NCBI GenBank assembly: GCA_963772645.1
Contig: CAVYYD010000012.1
Coordinates: 30,024 to 94,023 of the forward strand
From: an uncultured Actinomycetota bacterium
GTDB taxonomy: Bacteria > Actinomycetota > Actinomycetes > Actinomycetales > Dermatophilaceae
DNA: 64,000 bases
Reading direction: 5' to 3'
The notes under the pieces are model-generated. The model was not told the origin of the DNA. It made no database searches and saw nothing but the letters and a program-made list of their open reading frames with translations. The position numbers were made by a program, and so were the translations under genes. Each line of letters opens with the position of its first letter. Within the stretch, counting starts at the first letter, position 1. Shown one piece after another: positions 7,762 through 16,757 of the stretch.

Positions 7762-9458
7762 GCCGTGCCCACCGGGATCGCGACGTGCAGGTGGACGCCC
7801 ACGGGGTCGTCCGACGTGACGTCGAGCCGGCCGCCGAGCTGCTCGGCCCGGCGGCGCAGCGAGGTCAGCCCGACGCCGGCCACGATCGGTCCGCCGGCCC
7901 CGTCGTCCCGCACGTCGACCTCGACGCACGTCTCGCTCGTGCGGACGCCGACCGTGACCCGGTGCGGGCGCCCGTGGCGGAGGGCGTTCGTGACCCCCTC
8001 GGCCACGCAGCGGTAGACGGCGACCGCGGTCTCCGGGGCGGGCTCGGTGTCGAGCCGGAGGTGCAGGTTGATGGGGAGGCCGTCGTCCCCGAGCCCGGCC
8101 ACCAGGTCCTCGAGGGCCCCGCCGAGGTCCACCCCGCGCAGGGCCGACGGCGTCAGGTCGGACACGACCCGTCGCAGGTCCTCGCGGGCGTCGGCGAGCT
8201 GGCCGGCCAGCGCCTCCAGCACGGGTGTCGGCTGCCGACGCAGCTCGGCCTGCACGCGCATGCTCATCCCGGCCAGGACGGGCCCGAGCCCGTCGTGGAG
8301 GTCGCCGAGGATGCGACCGCGCTCGGCCTCGCGCTCCCTCGCGACGTCGCGGCGGGCCTGCTCGGCCTCGACCGCCAGCCCGACCGCACGGGTCATCAGC
8401 GCCACGGTGGGGCGCAGCTGGGCGACCACCCGCTCCTGCCGCGGCTCGGGTCCCTCGACGTGACGCGGCAGGAGCAGGAGGGTCCCGACGGTCTCACCGC
8501 CGACCAGCAGCTCATCGGCGGTCCATCCCGGCGGGGTCTCGGGGGCGTCCGCGCCCAGCACCAGCCTCGCGCGGGAGTGCCCGCTGGCCGCCGCGATCAT
8601 CGTTGCGGCCCGCTCGAGCAGCGCGCGCGGGTCCGCGTCGGCGTGCAGGTCCTCGGTGATGGCGGCGACGTCGTCCGCCGGCAGGGCACCGGTTCCGTAG
8701 CGACGTTCGAGGACCGCTCGGCGCAGCCGCAGCGCGAGCGGCCAGGCCAGGGCGGCCGTGAGCACGGCGGCGAAGACGGCCGAGGCATCGGGCAGGGGCA
8801 ACGCGGCCCGGGCCACGAGGGCGCGCACGGCCGCCCCCGCGCCGGCCCCCACGGCCGCGGCCAGGAGCACCGTACCGAGGTCGACGAGTGGCTCGGCGAC
8901 GGGGCGGAACTCGCTCGAGGTCTCCAGCCGGAGCAGCAGGCCCGCGAGCCCACACAGCCCGAGGGTCGTCACCAGGCCGAGGGTGCGCGAGGACGCGGTC
9001 AGCGACACCGCGCCGATCACGGCGGTGAGCAGCGCCGACCACACGGTCACCCACACCAGGCGCCGACGCGACATCCGGTCCGGGGCGAAGCCCACGGCCC
9101 AGGCGACGCCGGCCACCGCCAGGAGCACGAGCGTGACGTCCCCGCGCCGAGCGATCGACTCCAGGCGTTGCCACGTCCCGGCGCCGGCGCCGAGGAGCGC
9201 GGCAGCGCCCAGGAGGACCACCGGCACCGACGCGAGGACGGCGAGCACCCGACCGAGGCGGGAGCCCGGACGGCGGTCGAGGAGGACGGCGGCGACGACC
9301 CCGAGGGCCGGCCAGCCGACGAGGTAGAGCGCGCCGGTGGGGATGGTGTCCAGGCCGAACGCGGGTACCAGGGGGACGGCGCCGATGGCCGTGGCGGCCG
9401 CGGCGAGCGCCACCCCGCGGAGGATGCGGGGCCGTTCCGGGATCGCCGTGCCGCCCAT
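7758..9458 (-). CDS. Sensor histidine kinase (HisKA_3/NarL class) with a polytopic membrane N-terminus
   Basis: It has REREAERGRILGDLHDGLGPVLAG (H-box), VYRCVAEGVTNALRHG (N-box) and DDGAGG, with about 7-8 hydrophobic helices in the first ~230 aa. Confidence 0.9.
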   Translation of the reverse strand: MGGTAIPERPRILRGVALAAAATAIGAVPLVPAFGLDTIPTGALYLVGWPALGVVAAVLLDRRPGSRLGRVLAVLASVPVVLLGAAALLGAGAGTWQRLESIARRGDVTLVLLAVAGVAWAVGFAPDRMSRRRLVWVTVWSALLTAVIGAVSLTASSRTLGLVTTLGLCGLAGLLLRLETSSEFRPVAEPLVDLGTVLLAAAVGAGAGAAVRALVARAALPLPDASAVFAAVLTAALAWPLALRLRRAVLERRYGTGALPADDVAAITEDLHADADPRALLERAATMIAAASGHSRARLVLGADAPETPPGWTADELLVGGETVGTLLLLPRHVEGPEPRQERVVAQLRPTVALMTRAVGLAVEAEQARRDVAREREAERGRILGDLHDGLGPVLAGMSMRVQAELRRQPTPVLEALAGQLADAREDLRRVVSDLTPSALRGVDLGGALEDLVAGLGDDGLPINLHLRLDTEPAPETAVAVYRCVAEGVTNALRHGRPHRVTVGVRTSETCVEVDVRDDGAGGPIVAGVGLTSLRRRAEQLGGRLDVTSDDPVGVHLHVAIPVGTA

Positions 9459-9635
9459 GGAGGTCCATGATGTTCCTCGCAGGCGTCGGCGTCACCACCC
9501 CGGGCCGACGCCGGGACGTTCCCGGGACGACTCGGGTGGGCGCGGGACACTGGTGGCCTCGACCGCGGGACGCGCAGGTCAGCACGGTGGCTGGCGTGCC
9601 CCGGACCGGCCGGGGCCCGGCACGGAGGTCAGCAG

Positions 9636-10133
9636 ATGTCCAGCACCACCACAACGTCGTCGTCGTCGACCGACCGCCGGGGCCTCCCGGGCCCGGTGCT
9701 CGTCGTCGGAGCCTTTCTCCTGTCGACGGTCGTCAACATCCTCTTCCACGTGTGGGAGATCCTCTTCACCGGCCACGACCCGTACGCCCCCGACGGCCCG
9801 GTCGCGAGCATCGAGGGCGTCGCCCTCTTCGGCGGGATCGCGCTGGTCCTCGCGCTCGCGATCGCGATCCCCTGCGCCGCGGACACCGGCCGGGCGCGCA
9901 CCGGTGCCGTCGTCCTGGGCATCCTGACGATCGTCTCGCTCGCCGTGTTCTGGTCGGGGGCCCCGGCCACGCTCGGAGCCGCGGCGGCGTGGCTCGGGGG
10001 GTTCGGCCGCGGTGCCGCTCAGCAGACGGGGGTCGCGCGGGGCTTCGGCGTCGTCGGCCTCGTGCTCGCCGTCCTCACGATCGTCGTCCAGCTGGTCGGC
10101 CCGGTCGCGGCCGGCCTCATGGGGTCCGCCTGA
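9636..10133 (+). CDS. Hypothetical small membrane protein (about 4 TM), divergent from the two-component system
   Basis: The 165-aa ORF has a Ser/Thr-rich N-terminus and hydrophobic segments (VLVVGAFLLSTVVNILF, GVALFGGIALVLALAIAI, VVLGILTIVSLAVFW, GVVGLVLAVLTIVVQLV). I recognise no family. Confidence 0.55.
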   Translation: MSSTTTTSSSSTDRRGLPGPVLVVGAFLLSTVVNILFHVWEILFTGHDPYAPDGPVASIEGVALFGGIALVLALAIAIPCAADTGRARTGAVVLGILTIVSLAVFWSGAPATLGAAAAWLGGFGRGAAQQTGVARGFGVVGLVLAVLTIVVQLVGPVAAGLMGSA

Positions 10134-10137
10134 CGCC

Positions 10138-10845
10138 TCAGGCGATGTCGAACCAGGCCGGGACGGATGCCGTGAACTCACCCCTCGTCATCCGCCCGGC
10201 GCCCTCGGGGAGGCGGCCCCACAGCGGGGCGCCGGTGACCCGCGGCAGGTCGGTCAGGTTCTCGGTCTCGGCGAGGCCGGGCTCGGCCGGCCAGGACCCG
10301 ACGACGACCCCGAGGAGGGGGATGCCGCGGGCCGCGAGGGCCTCGGCGGTCAGGGCCGCGGTGCTCAGCGTCCCGAGGCCGGCGGCGGCGACGAGCACCG
10401 CCCCGCACGAGACGCCCGTGTAGCGGAGGGCGGCGCCGAGGTCGGCGAGGGTCCCGCCCCGGGCGTCGAGGCGGACCAGCAGCCCGCCGGCGCCCTCGAC
10501 GAGGGTCACGTCGGCGCCGGCCGCGATCTCGCGGACGCGCCGGGCGTGCGCGGCGACCGGCGGGAGGTCGACGCCCTGGCGTCGGGCGGCCGCCTCGGGG
10601 GAGAGCGGGTCGCGCAGCCGCACCAGCTCGTGCACCGGCAGGTCCTCGCCGACCAGCCGGCGCACGTCGTCGACGTCGCCGGGCTCGCCCGGTACCAGCC
10701 CGGTCTGGGTCGGCTTGACGACGGCCGCGACGCTGCCGCGCGCCCGGACGAGCACCGCGAGGGCGGCGGTGACGACGGTCTTGCCCACCCCCGTCCCGGT
10801 GCCGGTGACGAGGACGACCGAGGGCAGGGAGCGCGGGTCGGCCAC
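10138..10845 (-). CDS. bioD: Dethiobiotin synthase
   Basis: VVLVTGTGTGVGKTVVTAALA (P-loop), ...VKPTQTG..., LVEGAGGLLV. It lies 1 nt downstream of bioF. Confidence 0.9.
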   Translation of the reverse strand: MADPRSLPSVVLVTGTGTGVGKTVVTAALAVLVRARGSVAAVVKPTQTGLVPGEPGDVDDVRRLVGEDLPVHELVRLRDPLSPEAAARRQGVDLPPVAAHARRVREIAAGADVTLVEGAGGLLVRLDARGGTLADLGAALRYTGVSCGAVLVAAAGLGTLSTAALTAEALAARGIPLLGVVVGSWPAEPGLAETENLTDLPRVTGAPLWGRLPEGAGRMTRGEFTASVPAWFDIA

Positions 10846-10846
10846 G

Positions 10847-11989
10847 TCAGGCGCGCGGCGGCAGGATCTCGTCGAGCACCCGGCAGGCCCGGTCGAGGTC
10901 GTCGGCGGTGTGGTGGGCGTGCGCGCTCAGGCGCAGCCGCGACGAGCCGTCGGGCGTCGACGGGGGCCGGAACGCGCCGATGCGCACCCCGAGGGCGCGG
11001 GCCCGCTCGACGGCCTCGACCGTCTCGTGCGGGCCCGGCATCGGCACCGACATCACGGCACCGACGGGGACGGCCACCGCGCACGCGGCTGCCATCCGGG
11101 CGGCGTTGGCGCGCACCCGTTCCGGCAGCCCCGGCTGCGCGGCGAGCAGCTCGAGGGCGGCCAGCGCGGCCCCGGCCGACGCGGGGGCCAGGCCGGTGTC
11201 GTAGATGAAGGGACGGGCCGTGTTGACGACGTGGTCACGGATGAGCGGCGTGGCCAGGACCACCCCACCCTGGGCGGCCAGAGACTTCGACAGCGTCGTC
11301 GTGACGACGACGTGCTCGGTCCCGCGCCGGCCCGCGCCGGGCAGGCCGGACCCGCGCAGCAACCCGGCCCCGCCGGGGCCGACGACGCCGAGCGCGTGCG
11401 CCTCGTCGAGGACGAGCAGCGCGCCCGCCTCCGCGGTGAGCGCGACGAGGTCGGCGACCGGCGCGGCGTCGCCGAGCACCGAGTACACCGACTCGGCGAC
11501 GACCACGGCCCGGGGACCCTCGCGGCGGGCGAGGAGCTCGGCGACGTGGTCGAGGTCGTTGTGGCGGGCGATGCTCACCGCGGCACGCGAGAGGCGGCAG
11601 CCGTCGATGAGCGAGGCGTGGGCGTGCTCGTCGCTGACGATGAGGGTGCCCGCGTCGGCGAGGGTGGTGAGCACGGCGAGGTTCGCCGCGTACCCGCTGG
11701 AGAGGACGAGAGCGGACGCGGCGCCGGTGAACGCGGCGAGCGCGGCCTCGAGCTCCTCGTGGACGTCCAGGGTGCCGGTGACCAGGCGCGAGGCCCCGGC
11801 CCCCGTGCCGTAGGCCTCCACCGCCGCGACCGCGCCGGCGACGACCGCCGGGTGGTGGCGCAGGCCGAGGTAGTCGTTGCCCGCGAGGTCGATGGCGTCG
11901 CCGGCCTTGGTCGCCGCGAGGCGGCGGGTGAGACCCGCGTGCTCGCGGGCGGCGGCGGCGTCCCTGATCCAGTCGAGGGGGCTCGTCAC
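10847..11989 (-). CDS. bioF: 8-amino-7-oxononanoate synthase
   Basis: LAGNDYLGLRHHPAVV, SRLVTGT, LVLDEAHALG and TLSKSLAAQGG (PLP-lysine motif). About 380 aa. Confidence 0.9.
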   Translation of the reverse strand: MTSPLDWIRDAAAAREHAGLTRRLAATKAGDAIDLAGNDYLGLRHHPAVVAGAVAAVEAYGTGAGASRLVTGTLDVHEELEAALAAFTGAASALVLSSGYAANLAVLTTLADAGTLIVSDEHAHASLIDGCRLSRAAVSIARHNDLDHVAELLARREGPRAVVVAESVYSVLGDAAPVADLVALTAEAGALLVLDEAHALGVVGPGGAGLLRGSGLPGAGRRGTEHVVVTTTLSKSLAAQGGVVLATPLIRDHVVNTARPFIYDTGLAPASAGAALAALELLAAQPGLPERVRANAARMAAACAVAVPVGAVMSVPMPGPHETVEAVERARALGVRIGAFRPPSTPDGSSRLRLSAHAHHTADDLDRACRVLDEILPPRA

Positions 11990-12146
11990 GGGGTCGATCC
12001 TGCCACGACCGCCCTGCAGCCCGCCCGTCCGGACGGGTTGCGAGGCCGTTCGGAGGAGCCGGCGGCGAGGCTCGTGCGGGCGTCCGGACCGGGCCCGGGC
12101 CGCCGCGAGGGCGCCCGCTGTGATGTTCGCCGCTCGAGCCCGGCTG

Positions 12147-12165
12147 GGTGGTTAGGTGACCCTAA
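12147..12165. promoter_or_regulatory. Candidate IdeR/DtxR-type iron box upstream of feoA
   Basis: ggtggttaggtgaccctaa matches the 19-bp consensus TTAGGTTAGGCTAACCTAA at 13/19 positions by hand count. The inner TTAGG-N4-CCTAA dyad is perfect. It ends 22 nt before the feoA GTG. Confidence 0.4.
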
Positions 12166-12186
12166 GACGGTGCTACCGTCTGACCC

Positions 12187-12420
12187 GTGAGCACGACCCT
12201 GGACCGCGCGCCCCTCGGGGCGGCCGTCCGGGTGTCCGGCGCCGACACCCCGGCCGACCTCACCCGCCGCCTCGCCGAGCTCGGCGTGCGGGCGGGCGCC
12301 GTCGTGCGCTGCCTCCAGCGCACGGCCGGCGGGGGCCGGGTCGTCGACGTTGCGGGGGCGCGGATCGCCCTGGGCCGGGAGGTGCTGCGGGCCGTCCGCA
12401 CCGAGCCGGCCGGTCCGTGA
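12187..12420 (+). CDS. feoA: FeoA-family ferrous iron transport protein
   Basis: A 77-aa SH3-like FeoA pattern: LDRAPLGAAVRVSGADTP..RRLAELGVRAGAVVRCLQRTAGGGRVVDVAGARIALGREVLRAV. Confidence 0.85.
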   Translation: MSTTLDRAPLGAAVRVSGADTPADLTRRLAELGVRAGAVVRCLQRTAGGGRVVDVAGARIALGREVLRAVRTEPAGP

Positions 12421-14486
12421 GCACGGCGCCACCGGGCACCTCGCGCACCGGCGCCCCCTCGTGTCACGAGGACGCCGGCGGACCGCCGCCGCCCACCGGA
12501 GCCCCGGTGGTCGTCCTCGCCGGGGCGCCGAACGTCGGCAAGTCCACCCTCTTCAACGCCCTCACCGGGGCCCGCCGCACGGTCGGCAACTGGCCGGGCA
12601 CCACGGTCGAGGTCGGCCGCGGCAGCCTCGCCGTGGACGGCACCCCCGGCGGCCGGGTCGCCGCGCTCGTCGACCTCCCCGGCGCCTACTCGCTGGACCC
12701 GCTGAGCCCGGACGAGGCACTGACGCGTGAGGTCCTGCTCGCCCCCGGCGAGGGCCGACCCGACGTGGTCGTCGTCGTCGCCTCGGCGGTGCACCTCGCC
12801 CGAAGCCTCTACCTGCTCGCCCAGGTCCGCGAGACCACGCTGCCGGTCGTCCTCGCGCTGACGATGGGCGACGTCGCCGCCCGGCGCGGGCACGGGGTGG
12901 ATGCCGGGGCGCTCGCCGGGGCGGTCGGCTGCCCGGTCGTCGCCCTCGACCCGCGCCGCCGCTCCGGGGTCCTCGGGCTGGTCGAGGCGGTGGGTGAGGT
13001 CCTGGGCGCCCGGGTCGTGCCACCGCGGGCCGGCGTCCCGGCAGGTGGCGACCCGGTGCCCGGGCCGGCCGCGGACGACCTGGTCGCGGACGGCCTGGTC
13101 GCGGACGGCCTGGTCGCGGACGGCCTGGTCGCGGACGACCCGACCGCGGACGACCTGGCCGCCGCCGACGAGCGCTTCACCTGGATCGAGCGGGCGGTGG
13201 CCGCGTCGGTGCGCCAGACCGGGCTGACCCGGCGCACCTGGTCGGACCGGATCGACCGCCTCGCGACCGCCCCGGTCCTCGGACCCCTGCTGTTCCTCGC
13301 CGTGATGTGGGCGGTCTTCCAGCTGACGACCACGGTCGCCGCGCCGCTGCAGGACGCCCTCGACGCGCTCGTCAGCGGGCCGGTCTCGGGCGGGGCCGGG
13401 TGGCTCGTCGACACGCTGGGGCTGGGGCAGACCCCGGTGCGCGGTCTCGTCGTCGACGGGCTCGTCGCCGGCGTCGGGATGCTGCTCACCTTCGTCCCGC
13501 TCATGGCGCTGATGTTCCTGCTCCTCGCCGTGCTCGAGGACTCCGGCTACCTCGCGCGGGCGGCCGTGGTCACCGACCGGCTCATGGCGCGCCTCGGGCT
13601 GCCCGGGCGGGCCTTCCTGCCGCTCGTCGTCGGGTTCGGCTGCAACGTCCCCGCGGTGGCCGCCACCCGCATCCTCCCCTCGGCGCGCCAACGGGTCCTC
13701 ACCGCGCTCCTCGTGCCGTTCACCTCGTGCTCGGCCCGGCTGACCGTCTACGTCCTGCTCGCCGGGACCTTCTTCCCCGACCACGCGGGGACGGTCGTCT
13801 TCGCGATGTACCTCGTCTCGATCCTGCTCGTCGTCCTCGTCGGCCTCGGGCTCCGCTCGACCCTCTGGCGCACGATGGGCGCCGACCCGCTCGTCATCGA
13901 CCTGCCGCCGTACCAGCGACCGACGGTGCGGCTCACCCTCTCGGTCACCTGGCTGCGCCTGCAGGGGTTCCTGCGCACCGCGTCCGGCATCATCGTCGCG
14001 ACCGTCGTCGTCGTGTGGCTGCTGCAGTCGGTCCCGGCCGGCGGTGTCGGCTCGTTCGGCGACGTCCCGGTCGCGGACTCGGCGTACGCGGAGGTCTCCC
14101 GCTGGGTCGCGCCGCTGCTCACCCCCGCCGGCTTCGGCCAGTGGCAGTCGGTGTCGGCGCTCGTCGTCGGGTTCGTCGCCAAGGAGGCGGTCATCTCGTC
14201 GTGGGCGCAGACCTACGCGCTGGCCGACCCGTCGGCCGCGTCCGGGTCCGGGGCCCTGGGCGACCAGCTGCTGCACACCTTCTCGCTCTCCAGCGGTGGC
14301 CACGCCGCCGTGGCCGCCGTGGCGTTCATGGTCTTCCTCCTCGCCTACACCCCGTGCGTGGCGACCCTGGCCGCCCAGCGTCGCGAGGTCGGGATGCGGT
14401 GGACGCTGTTCGGGGTCGCGGTCCAGCTCGTCGTCGCCTGGTCGCTCGCGGTGCTCGTCTTCCAGGTCGGGCGGGTGTTCTGGTGA
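12417..14486 (+). CDS. feoB: Ferrous iron transporter FeoB (N-terminal G-domain plus polytopic permease)
   Basis: GTG 12417 overlaps the feoA stop (GTGA). It has GAPNVGKSTLFNALTG (G1), NWPGTTVE, DLPGAYSL and the gate/permease region (FVPLMALMFLLLAVLEDSGYLARAA, PFTSCSARL). Confidence 0.9.
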   Translation: MSTAPPGTSRTGAPSCHEDAGGPPPPTGAPVVVLAGAPNVGKSTLFNALTGARRTVGNWPGTTVEVGRGSLAVDGTPGGRVAALVDLPGAYSLDPLSPDEALTREVLLAPGEGRPDVVVVVASAVHLARSLYLLAQVRETTLPVVLALTMGDVAARRGHGVDAGALAGAVGCPVVALDPRRRSGVLGLVEAVGEVLGARVVPPRAGVPAGGDPVPGPAADDLVADGLVADGLVADGLVADDPTADDLAAADERFTWIERAVAASVRQTGLTRRTWSDRIDRLATAPVLGPLLFLAVMWAVFQLTTTVAAPLQDALDALVSGPVSGGAGWLVDTLGLGQTPVRGLVVDGLVAGVGMLLTFVPLMALMFLLLAVLEDSGYLARAAVVTDRLMARLGLPGRAFLPLVVGFGCNVPAVAATRILPSARQRVLTALLVPFTSCSARLTVYVLLAGTFFPDHAGTVVFAMYLVSILLVVLVGLGLRSTLWRTMGADPLVIDLPPYQRPTVRLTLSVTWLRLQGFLRTASGIIVATVVVVWLLQSVPAGGVGSFGDVPVADSAYAEVSRWVAPLLTPAGFGQWQSVSALVVGFVAKEAVISSWAQTYALADPSAASGSGALGDQLLHTFSLSSGGHAAVAAVAFMVFLLAYTPCVATLAAQRREVGMRWTLFGVAVQLVVAWSLAVLVFQVGRVFW
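13071..13160 (+). repeat. In-frame 15-bp tandem repeat inside feoB (6 units, 3 perfect gcggacggcctggtc) encoding (ADGLV)n
   Basis: It reads directly as ADDLV-ADGLV-ADGLV-ADGLV-ADDPT-ADDLA, between the G-domain and the membrane domain. Confidence 0.9.
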
Positions 14487-14806
14487 GCGCCCCGGCGGCG
14501 ACCACGTCCGGCCGTGGCCCGCTGAGCGCGGTCCTGGCGGCCTTCGACGCCGGCGTCCACTCCTTCGACGAGGTGGCCCAGCGCTGCGGCCTCTCGGTCG
14601 ACGTGGTCCGGGCCTCGGTCGACCACCTCGTGCGGATGGGGCGGCTCCAGGCGCGCGAGCTCGCGGTGGGCTGCCCGTCCGGCGGCTGCGGGTCGTGCGC
14701 CTCGGCCGCCTCCGACGGCACGGCCGGCTGCGGGGCGCCGGGGCCGTCGGCCGGGCGCTCGGGTCCGGTCCTCGTCACCATCTCGGTCCGCCGCCCCGGC
14801 CCCTGA
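14483..14806 (+). CDS. feoC: FeoC-like winged-helix protein with a Cys-rich tail
   Basis: GTG 14483 overlaps the feoB stop (GTGA). It contains LSAVLAAFDAGVHSFDEVAQRCGLSVDVVRASVDHLVRMGRLQ followed by CPSGGCGSCASAASDGTAGC (4 Cys). Confidence 0.65.
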   Translation: MSAPAATTSGRGPLSAVLAAFDAGVHSFDEVAQRCGLSVDVVRASVDHLVRMGRLQARELAVGCPSGGCGSCASAASDGTAGCGAPGPSAGRSGPVLVTISVRRPGP

Positions 14807-14873
14807 GCGACCGTCGCGGACCGGTCCGCGGCAGGATCGGGGCGAGACCACGTCCGACCCAGGAGGAACCACC

Positions 14874-15290
14874 GTGCCCAAGGCCCCGCTGCCCCGCGAC
14901 GTCGCCGAGCTCCTCGCCCGACCCAACCCCGCCGTCGTCGCCGTCCTGCTGCCGAGCGGTGCCCCGATGTCGGTGGCCACGTGGTACCTCCTGGAGGAGG
15001 ACGGGACCGTCCTGCTCAACATGGACGCCGGGCGAGCCCGGGTGGACTGGATGCGTGAGCACCCGCAGGTCGCCCTCACCGCTCTGAAGGAGGACGAGTG
15101 GTACACCCACGTCAGCATCCGGGGGCCGGTGCTGCGGTGGGAGACGGACCCGCAGCGGGCGCTGGCCGACATCGACCGGCTCTCGAACCACTACCGCGGC
15201 AACGACTACCCGGTGCGCGACCGGCCACGGGTCAGCTGCTGGGTGGGCATCGAGCACTGGCACGGCTGGGGCCAGGCCAGGGCCGACTGA
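14874..15290 (+). CDS. Pyridoxamine 5'-phosphate oxidase-family (PPOX/F420-type split-barrel) protein
   Basis: 138 aa: [60 protein letters not shown] lies 6 nt before the GTG. Confidence 0.65.
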   Translation: MPKAPLPRDVAELLARPNPAVVAVLLPSGAPMSVATWYLLEEDGTVLLNMDAGRARVDWMREHPQVALTALKEDEWYTHVSIRGPVLRWETDPQRALADIDRLSNHYRGNDYPVRDRPRVSCWVGIEHWHGWGQARAD

Positions 15291-15369
15291 CCGCCGGCGT
15301 GGTGCCCGGTTCCCGGTCGGCGGCGCGACAGCCGCGGGGCCCGCGCCACCGACGGCGCCCGGGGCGCCG

Positions 15370-16702
15370 TCAGCCGTGGACGTCGGCCACCGCGCCGACG
15401 AGGGCTGCGGTGAGCAGGCCGAGGTCGTCGTCGGTGGTGACGAAGGGCGGCATCGTGTAGACGAGGTCGCGGAACGGACGGACCCAGACCCCGCGCTCGA
15501 GTGCCGCCGCGGTGACCTCCGCGACCCGCACCGGCCCGGTGAGCTGGACGACGCCGACCGCCCCGAGGACCCGCACGTCGGCCACGGACGCCAGGTCGTG
15601 GGCCGGGGCGAGGCCGGCGGCGAGCCCGGCCTCGACCCGGGCCACCTCCGACTCGGTGTCGCGGGAGGTGAGCAGGTCGAGGTTGGCGCTCGCCACGGCG
15701 CTGGCCAGCGGGTTGCCCATGAAGGTCGGCCCGTGCATGAGTGCGCCGGCCCCCCCGCCCGACACACCCTCGGCCACCGCCCGGGTGCACAGCACGGCGG
15801 CCTGGGACAGGTAGCCGCCGGTCAGCGACTTGCCGACGCAGAGGACGTCGGGCGGGTCGGGGACCCGCGAGCCGGCCCACCGCGGTCCGGTTCGGTGGAA
15901 ACCGGTGGCGATCTCGTCGTGGATGACGAGTGCGCCGTGCTCGCGGGCGAGCTCGTGGAGGACGGCGAGCGCGCGGGCGAGGCCACACGTGCATCCCCCC
16001 GGCGCCCTGGAGCACCGGCTCGACGATGACGGCGGCGATGTCGGCGGCGTGGCGGGAGAACAGGTCCCGCGTCGCCCGCTCCCAGCGGCGCAGGGCCGGG
16101 TCGTCCTCGGCGAGGTCCAGCCCCGCGGGTGGGCGCGGGGCGAAGAGGTGCTCGGGCAGGACCCCGCGGAAGAGGGAGTGCATGCCGCCGACCGGGTCGG
16201 TCACCGACATGGGCGAGAAGGTGTCGCCGTGGTAGCCGCCGCGGATCGTGAAGAAGCGGGTCCGCCGGTGGCCGGCCGCGAGGTGCCACTGGAGCGCCAT
16301 CTTCATCGCGACCTCCACCGAGACCGAACCCGAGTCGGCGAGGAAGACGTGCTCGAGGCCGGCCGGCGCGAGGTCGAGGAGCCGGCGGGCGAGGCCGACC
16401 GCCGGCTCGTGGGTGAGGCCGCCGAACATCACGTGGGCCATCGACCCCAGCTGGGCGCGGACGGCGGCGTCGAGCTCGGGGACCCGGTAGCCGTGGATGG
16501 CGCACCACCACGAGCTCATCGCGTCGACGACCTCGCGTGGCGTGCCGTCACGGTCGCGCACCCGCAGCCGCACGCCGTCCGCGGACTCGACGAGGTAGGG
16601 CTCGCCGGGGGCCAGCGCCGAGGAGTACGGGTGCCAGACGTGGGCGCGGTCGTAGGCGAGCAGGCTGTCCGGGGCGGACTCCGGCGGCGGGGCGGCGGTC
16701 AT
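15370..16702 (-). CDS. bioA: Adenosylmethionine-8-amino-7-oxononanoate aminotransferase, frameshifted as assembled (one extra base near 15983)
   Basis: The N-terminal part from ATG 16702 (MTAAPPPE...HVWHPYSS...GGYHGDTF...[13 protein letters not shown]) is in the frame of ORF 15206..17365. The continuation [32 protein letters not shown]...[21 protein letters not shown]... is in the frame of ORF 15370..15795. The locus length is 1333 nt (3n+1). Confidence 0.85.
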
Positions 16703-16714
16703 CGCCGCCCATTG

Positions 16715-16757
16715 TCGCCGGTCGCGGGTCAGGGTGCCTCGCCGGTCGCGGGTCAGG
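16715..16757. repeat. Direct repeat 2 x 19 bp (tcgccggtcgcgggtcagg) with a 24-bp period, at the FMN-reductase stop / bioA start junction
   Basis: The copies are at 16715..16733 and 16739..16757. The second contains the TCA (stop) of the FMN-reductase gene. Confidence 0.85.

Noticed and set aside
13071-13160. Tandem repeats (here, at 35643..35672, 29921..29950 and 16715..16757) as possible CRISPR arrays.
   Set aside because: The units are 6-24 bp and directly abutting or nearly so. There are no unique spacers of CRISPR length and no cas genes. One repeat is inside a coding frame.
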